Below are positions 51,110 through 56,435 of a stretch of DNA of 56,435 nucleotides, piece by piece. Under the pieces are notes generated by a model that was given only the letters and a program-made list of their open reading frames with translations, did no database searches and was not told the origin of the DNA. This stretch comes from Chiloscyllium plagiosum. Taxonomy: Eukaryota. Location: NCBI RefSeq assembly GCF_004010195.1, contig NC_057719.1, positions 1,774,395 through 1,830,829 of the forward strand, given 5' to 3'. Position 1 is the stretch's first letter. The number at the start of each line of letters is the position of its first letter. Position numbers and translations under genes: made by a program.

Positions 51110-51205
51110 TCCTCCCCCTTGCTTTCTTTCTGTCTGTCTGTCTCTATCTTTGTCTCTGTCTTGCTGTTGGTCACTCGCGCTCGCGCGCGCTCTCTCTCTC
51201 TCTCT
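50940..51205. repeat. (CT)/(TG) compound microsatellite upstream of a BRF1 exon
   Basis: Directly visible in the sequence. Confidence 0.88.
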
Positions 51206-51307
51206 GGTGTGTCTGGAGGCCCTCACACTGCTGCCTGTCTCTGAATGTGTGTGAAGGGCAGTCACTATGATTACACTGATGTATTTTTCATCCTGTGTCT
51301 CCTGCAG

Positions 51308-51470
51308 GCTCCTGACTCAGGACCTGGTGCTAGTCAGGTAGAGCAGCCTGTTGCAGTGCTGGTCGAGAGTGGCCCTGTGGTTTATAATGAGGACGAGGTG
51401 GAAGAGGAGGAGGAAGTGGAAGAAGAGGAAGAGAACTGCCTCAGTGCACTGCAGCTTATCGGTGGAAATG
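51308..51470 (+). CDS. BRF1: BRF1 penultimate coding exon (163 bp), acidic C-terminal region
   Basis: Acceptor tgtgtctcctgcag| and donor ATG|gtgagt. Encodes AVLVESGPVVYNEDEVEEEEEVEEEEENCLSALQLIGGN, matching recalled human BRF1 AVLVESGPVSY...EEE...CVSALQMMGSN. Ends in phase 1. Confidence 0.93.
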
Positions 51471-52059
51471 GTGAGTGTTTTAAAAAAAAATGTTCAAAGG
51501 AGAAAGGCTACAGAGGGACTTTAGAAGTTCAAAGGAAGTTTTGTGGTGCCGTGGGCAATGTCCCTGATTCTGCACCAGAACTTCTGGGTTCACTTGGGAC
51601 TTGATGACCACAGATGATGTGTTCATAACAAACACCGGATGAGGTATTAACATGTGAATCCTTCCAACAAATGCCAACAGGAGGCAGTAAAACTGTAGAG
51701 AGTCCTGGTCAACCATGGGATGGAAAGAACAGATTTAATACTCTGTGTAATTTCATTGGAGGCAGTTCGGCGAAGGTTCATTAGGATGATCTCTGGGATG
51801 GAGGGATTGTCTTATGAGCAAAGGTTAAATAGATTGGGACTCTACAAACATCCAACTGCAAAGCACCTCAGAGCATTTTTCTGTTATAATTGAATTTGAG
51901 AGGACTGTCCACTTGAGGGAGTGTGAGGCGCCTGCAAAACTGTACCTTAGTCTGGGTTCATGTGTTAAGGAGAAGAGGGAAGATAGAATCTGAGCAGGAG
52001 AAATGTGAGAGAGAATTTACACTTGTGGAAGGCTGACAGACTTTATCTTTCTCTTGAAG

Positions 52060-52097
52060 ATTATGGCTTTGAAATGGAGGAGGATGATGGATTCTAA
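52060..52097 (+). CDS. BRF1: BRF1 terminal exon, coding part (D)YGFEMEEDDGF*
   Basis: Acceptor ctttatctttctcttgaag|. The phase-1 join G|AT gives Asp. It matches the recalled human C-terminus DYGCDGDEDDGY. TAA at 52095-52097. Confidence 0.92.
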
Positions 52098-52942
52098 ATG
52101 ATGGAGGATGATGGCACTTTCCCGAAGGAGCATTGAAGCCGGTCGGAAAGTTGGGAGTGTTTCCTGTTCTGTTCAAGGCAGACAGCTTGGTGGCAGAGCC
52201 CCGTTCTCCTGCGTGACCGGCTTGATCTAGGAAAGCAGTCGCGAAAGCCTGGGAATGTCTTTGCCTGGCTCGTGACATGACGACGGTTTTCAGGCATGTG
52301 TGACTGAAGAACTTTTTTTTTGATCAGTAGCTATTTGAAAATGAAATGGCAACTCTTGGCTTTTTGAGTTTTTGTTTCCTTGTTTATTTTTTGTACAGAA
52401 TTTGCTATTTATTACAGTTCATTTGAATAATTTAGTTTTTTTTATTCCTGTGTACCTACCATCCTGTGGAGCAGAGATGCTTGAAACAATAGGGTGTAGG
52501 AGAGATGGTTTAGAAATCTGGGGGACAAAATGTGGGAATGTCACATGGGAATGCCAACTTGAAAAAAAATTCCACAAGTGCACCCACATTTCCATGTGCC
52601 TGGTTTTTACTGGAATTGGTGTGATAGCATGTCTCTAAACAATGAGATGCTAATTTCCAATAGGCAGGGGTCTGCAAGAAGTCGTCATTGTCTAATCTGC
52701 TGAAGGTCCATTTTGTTGTTTGAAACCATGCAGAAATGATCAGTTATGTTCAGTACTAAGTCCTCACGGTGAGTGTGATGTCAGAGTGTCAGGGAGTGCC
52801 CATGCCGTCAGCTCAGTTACACAGGAAGAAAATCCATGGCCTCTTTCTAAATTGTTGATTGCTGATTGTAGATTCACTGGTTTGAGTTGCTTTGATATCT
52901 TTTCTGTTCATTCCATAGGATCAGTGTTTTTCTATATAAAAA

Positions 52943-52948
52943 AATAAA
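52943..52948 (+). terminator. Candidate BRF1 polyadenylation signal AATAAA
   Basis: First AATAAA I noticed after the stop codon, within a repeat-poor 3' region. Further AATAAA motifs occur at about 53705, 53785, 54051 and 54142. The site actually used cannot be determined from sequence. Confidence 0.35.
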
Positions 52949-55199
52949 AATGAACAAACTCAGGGGAGTTAGTGTTGTCAAATGAAGAGTGATCGGGGCC
53001 ATTATAGATTTGATGCATTCCTTGATTTGACCAAATTGTGCCACATCACAGCTGTGTGAGACAAGCATGTAACATCAGATACAATGAGCCATTCCTGATA
53101 TCAAGCGCTGTCTCTCTACAGCTTTGCAAAGTGCTAACAGAACCCTTTTCATATTACATTATGTAATAGCAGAATACATTTACTGCTCATTCTACACAGA
53201 GCAGCTGCAGCAATTTTACCAAACAAAGCTATTAAATCACACTGTTCATAAAGGAACATGCAAGGTAGGGTGAATCTGTGCTGTCACTTGGTTTTCATTG
53301 AAGAATTAATGTGAGATGTGTGAGATTTCCACACCAGCTTAAACTGTGGATAAGCAGCCAGCAGTACAAGTGTACACTGTGTCAGGAGAGAGCATAGACT
53401 GTGCTGTGCTATCACATACCAATCGCTAATACTGAAAGTAATTGTAAGTTTGGAATCCAGATAAAAAACAAGTGATTGTGAATCTGAATCCCATTAAATG
53501 GTTGTTTCCCGTTAAAGTTGGACAAGTTGTCAGTTCACCTTCATTTTTTCTCCCTTAGTGATTAAAAATAATAATTACCTGCTTTGGCATCAATTTGGAA
53601 TTAATACCTAATATTGTAAACAACAAATGCCTCCATGCCTTCACCTTCAATTCCTGTGTGGACCTGACAAATTATTCTCTGTTGGCTGGCTATAAAATGC
53701 AAAAAATAAATTCAAACTGAAATTCTTAAAAATAGTGGCTGAAGGAATGCATTGAGTTTCTTCTCAATCCATAGATTTGTTTCAAATAAAGACCTACAAT
53801 TTACAAGCATTTACAGTCTTGGGAATCTCCGAAGCACTTGGATGTCATTGCGTATTTTTCAAAGTGTCGTTTCTGTTGAAATCGCAGAAATGAGATAATG
53901 AGCTGATATTGGTGCTTTTTAATTATGTCATATATGGAAGATCTATTGGCCCAGGGCACTGTGAGGATGTTCCCTGCTCTTTTTTGAATAGAGCTGCAAG
54001 TTATGATTGAGGCTAAGTGTATGGATGATTGCTGTGGTCCACAGGTCAGAATATAAAATAAAAGAACTTCTGACAGAAACTGAGATGACCAACTAAATAT
54101 CTTATCGATATCAAGTTTCAATCTACAACATCTATCAAATGAATAAACACAATTAGTGATTTATTATCAAGGCAAGCTTAATCGATGAAGATGCAATAAT
54201 TGGTTAACACTCACATGGAATAAGATAGATGAAAGAATGCTTATCCCTCGAAGTTTCCCCCAAATGTACGCGCAAGCAATACTCACTCTCTCTTCAGAAA
54301 AAAAAAGGCCAGAAGCAGATTTCTTTGACAAAATTGACTTTCTGAAGAAAAAGACACTTTGGCCAATGGATTATTCTTGAAGGTAAAAGAATAAGAATTA
54401 GAATGTTCCAGAGTCCACCATTGTGATGTTCTGGCATGTATGGCAAAATCACTAATCACGTCACACAGTTATCTCAGATCCAGCTTGGCCAGGAAATGCA
54501 GTCGTGAGATATTCCTTCAATCCCACATTCTCCACAGCAAATAGATTTCATCCTGAGTTCAGTGAGAGGGTTTTCACTTGAGAACTGGGAGAGATGGGCT
54601 GTACAGCTTGTTCTTTACAAACATTCCTCCAACTTCGCTTGTTGTTAGCAGGCTTTCTTCCAACAGTGATAAATATCAAGTGTCTTTGTAACACAAAGAT
54701 CTTTAACTTCCATCTGAGAGGGAAGAAAGACCCTTGGCCTAGTGTCTCATTTGAAAGATGGTACCTCCAAAGTAACAGCAATCCAGTTCCACGGCTGCTG
54801 GGAGTTCTCATGCACCTACTGCCCTTGCCCTTTGTTGTGGATGACATAGCAGTGTTTAGATGTTGCTGTTCAAGGAGCCTTAGTACTTCAGTACATCTAT
54901 CAGATGTTATACACTGTTGTTAGTGTGGTGGTGGTGGTGGTGGAGGAGGGAGTCAATGTTGAAATGTAGAAAACAGCCCTTTGAGCTTGCACTGCCATTC
55001 AATATGATGGTAGCTCATCATCCAACTCAGTCCCCTATTCCTTCTTTGTCCCCAAACCCTTTGATTTCTTTGAGCCTAAAATTACATCTAACTTCTTTTA
55101 AGTGGTATTCTTCGAGTGTGACCCCTCATTCTGAACTCACCCGTCATCAGGAACATCCTGCCTGTGTTTTTACTGTCCAATCCCATTAGAATTTATGAT

Positions 55200-55500
55200 A
55201 TTGGGATATTTTCACTAAACTATTAATCCAGACACTCGGGTAATGTTCTGGGGACTTGAGTTTGAATCCCACCACGGCAAATGGTGGAATTTGAATTTAA
55301 TAATAATAACTCAGAAATAAGAGTTTAATGATGACAGTGACACCGTTGTCAATTGTGAAGTAAGATCTATCTGGCCTACATGTAACTCCAGACCCTTAGC
55401 AAAGTGGTCAACTCTTACCTGACCTTTGGGAAATTACGGATGGACAATAAATGCTCATCTAGCCAGTGACACCCTCATCCCATGAATGATTTTTAAAAAA
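55200..55500 (+). mobile_element. tRNA-derived SINE (same family as 31790-32370)
   Basis: B-box-like gagtttgaatccc, core tctggcctacatgtaactccagaccc, and tail caataaatgct..catcccatgaatg. Confidence 0.6.
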
Positions 55501-56029
55501 AATTATGAAGTTTATATGAATCGTCCCCCCCACCCCACTACTCCAATGAGGACAGTCCTAAACAATCCAATCTCATTTCATACAGTCTGGCCACCCCATC
55601 TGGGGAACTCAGTTAGAGCCCACAGATCTTTGGGCATAATGGCAGGATGTTATGTAAGGTCACAGTGAGCAGGGTTTGCTGCTGTTGCTTCCCTTCACTG
55701 CCACCATCACCTATTTGGACCCAAAGCGTAATTGATGGGCAAGTTAGCATTTTCTGTGCAAGCTATTTCCAGTCACTAATGTCACTGGTGCTTCGTTTCA
55801 AGGAGAGGTTCTGTAGAGAGTTTTCTAGGTCCGCCACTTTGAATACTGTGTGTTGGGAAACCAGTGCTGGTGGGTGAGACATGTGCCATCCATTCTGTTG
55901 GAGATGGTTTTGGAGGAGGTAGACTAACAGTGACTACACTTCAACAACTACTTTATTAACTCTAAAGTGCTTTGAGGTGTCCAGAGCTTATTAAAGCGCT
56001 AAAGGTTTTTTTTGAACCCTGAAACTAGT

Positions 56030-56350
56030 TCAAAGTTTGTAAAAAGATTTGTAGTTCGGGTGCTCGTTGTTGTAGTTCTGTTCGCTGAGCTGGGAATTTG
56101 TGTTGCAGACGTTTCGTCCCCTGTCTAGGTGACATCCTCAGTGCTTGGGAGCCTCCTATGAAGCGCTTCTGTGATCTTTCCTCCGGCATTTATAGTAGTT
56201 TGAATCTGCTGCTTCCGGTTGTCAGTTCCAGCTGTCCGCTGCAGTGGCCAGTATATTGGGTCCAGGTCGATGTGCTTATTGATTGAATCTGTGGATGAGT
56301 GCCATGCCTCTAGGAATTCCCTGGCTGTGCTCTGTTTGGCTTGTTTGACT
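56030..56350 (-). mobile_element. 3' end of a second Penelope-like family (GIY-YIG C-terminus and terminal repeat)
   Basis: Minus strand gives QAKQSTAREFLEAWHSSTDSINKHIDLDPIY.PLQR, followed by a hammerhead motif. Confidence 0.82.
56105..56144 (-). ncRNA. Minimal type I hammerhead-ribozyme-like motif
   Basis: Minus strand reads GCA-CTGAGGA-T-GTCACCT-AGAC-AGGGGAC-GAAA-CG-TC-TGC. Stem I is GCA/TGC, and stem II has 6 of 7 pairs. Confidence 0.72.
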
Positions 56351-56435
56351 TCACATTCACATTCAATAACCAAATATATGAACAAATCCACGCACACCCA
56401 TGGGCTCACCCATCTCTGGACTCATAGCAGAAGCG

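Noticed and set aside
51245..51604. 119-aa ORF as a single-exon gene
   Set aside because: Only 51308-51470 is BRF1-like, and it is bounded by canonical splice sites. The rest is intron read-through.

Overview
This is eukaryotic DNA. The repeat repertoire (HE1-type V-SINEs, many CR1 LINE fragments, Penelope-like elements) points to a cartilaginous fish, probably a shark; that assignment is inference. The only host gene I can support is the 3' end of BRF1 (TFIIIB 90 kDa subunit) on the + strand, as three coding exons: 44016-44067, 51308-51470 and 52060-52097. They splice in frame to (R)LRPLISSVPSKKPANNP|APDSGPGASQVEQPVAVLVESGPVVYNEDEVEEEEEVEEEEENCLSALQLIGGN|DYGFEMEEDDGF*. I found no earlier BRF1 exon, so 1-44015 is probably one very large, repeat-filled intron. 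There are two assembly gaps and two minisatellites. The most notable hidden signal is a set of short Penelope-derived elements, often with inverted repeats. They fall into at least four sequence families, and each carries a minimal type I hammerhead-ribozyme layout: stem I, CUGANGA plus one extra nt, stem II, GAAA, a palindromic 2-nt stem III, then UH. Several are flanked by 10-14 bp target-site duplications. Nearly all ORFs in the supplied track are retroelement remnants, simple repeats or N-gap artefacts. Repeat boundaries are approximate and were read by eye.
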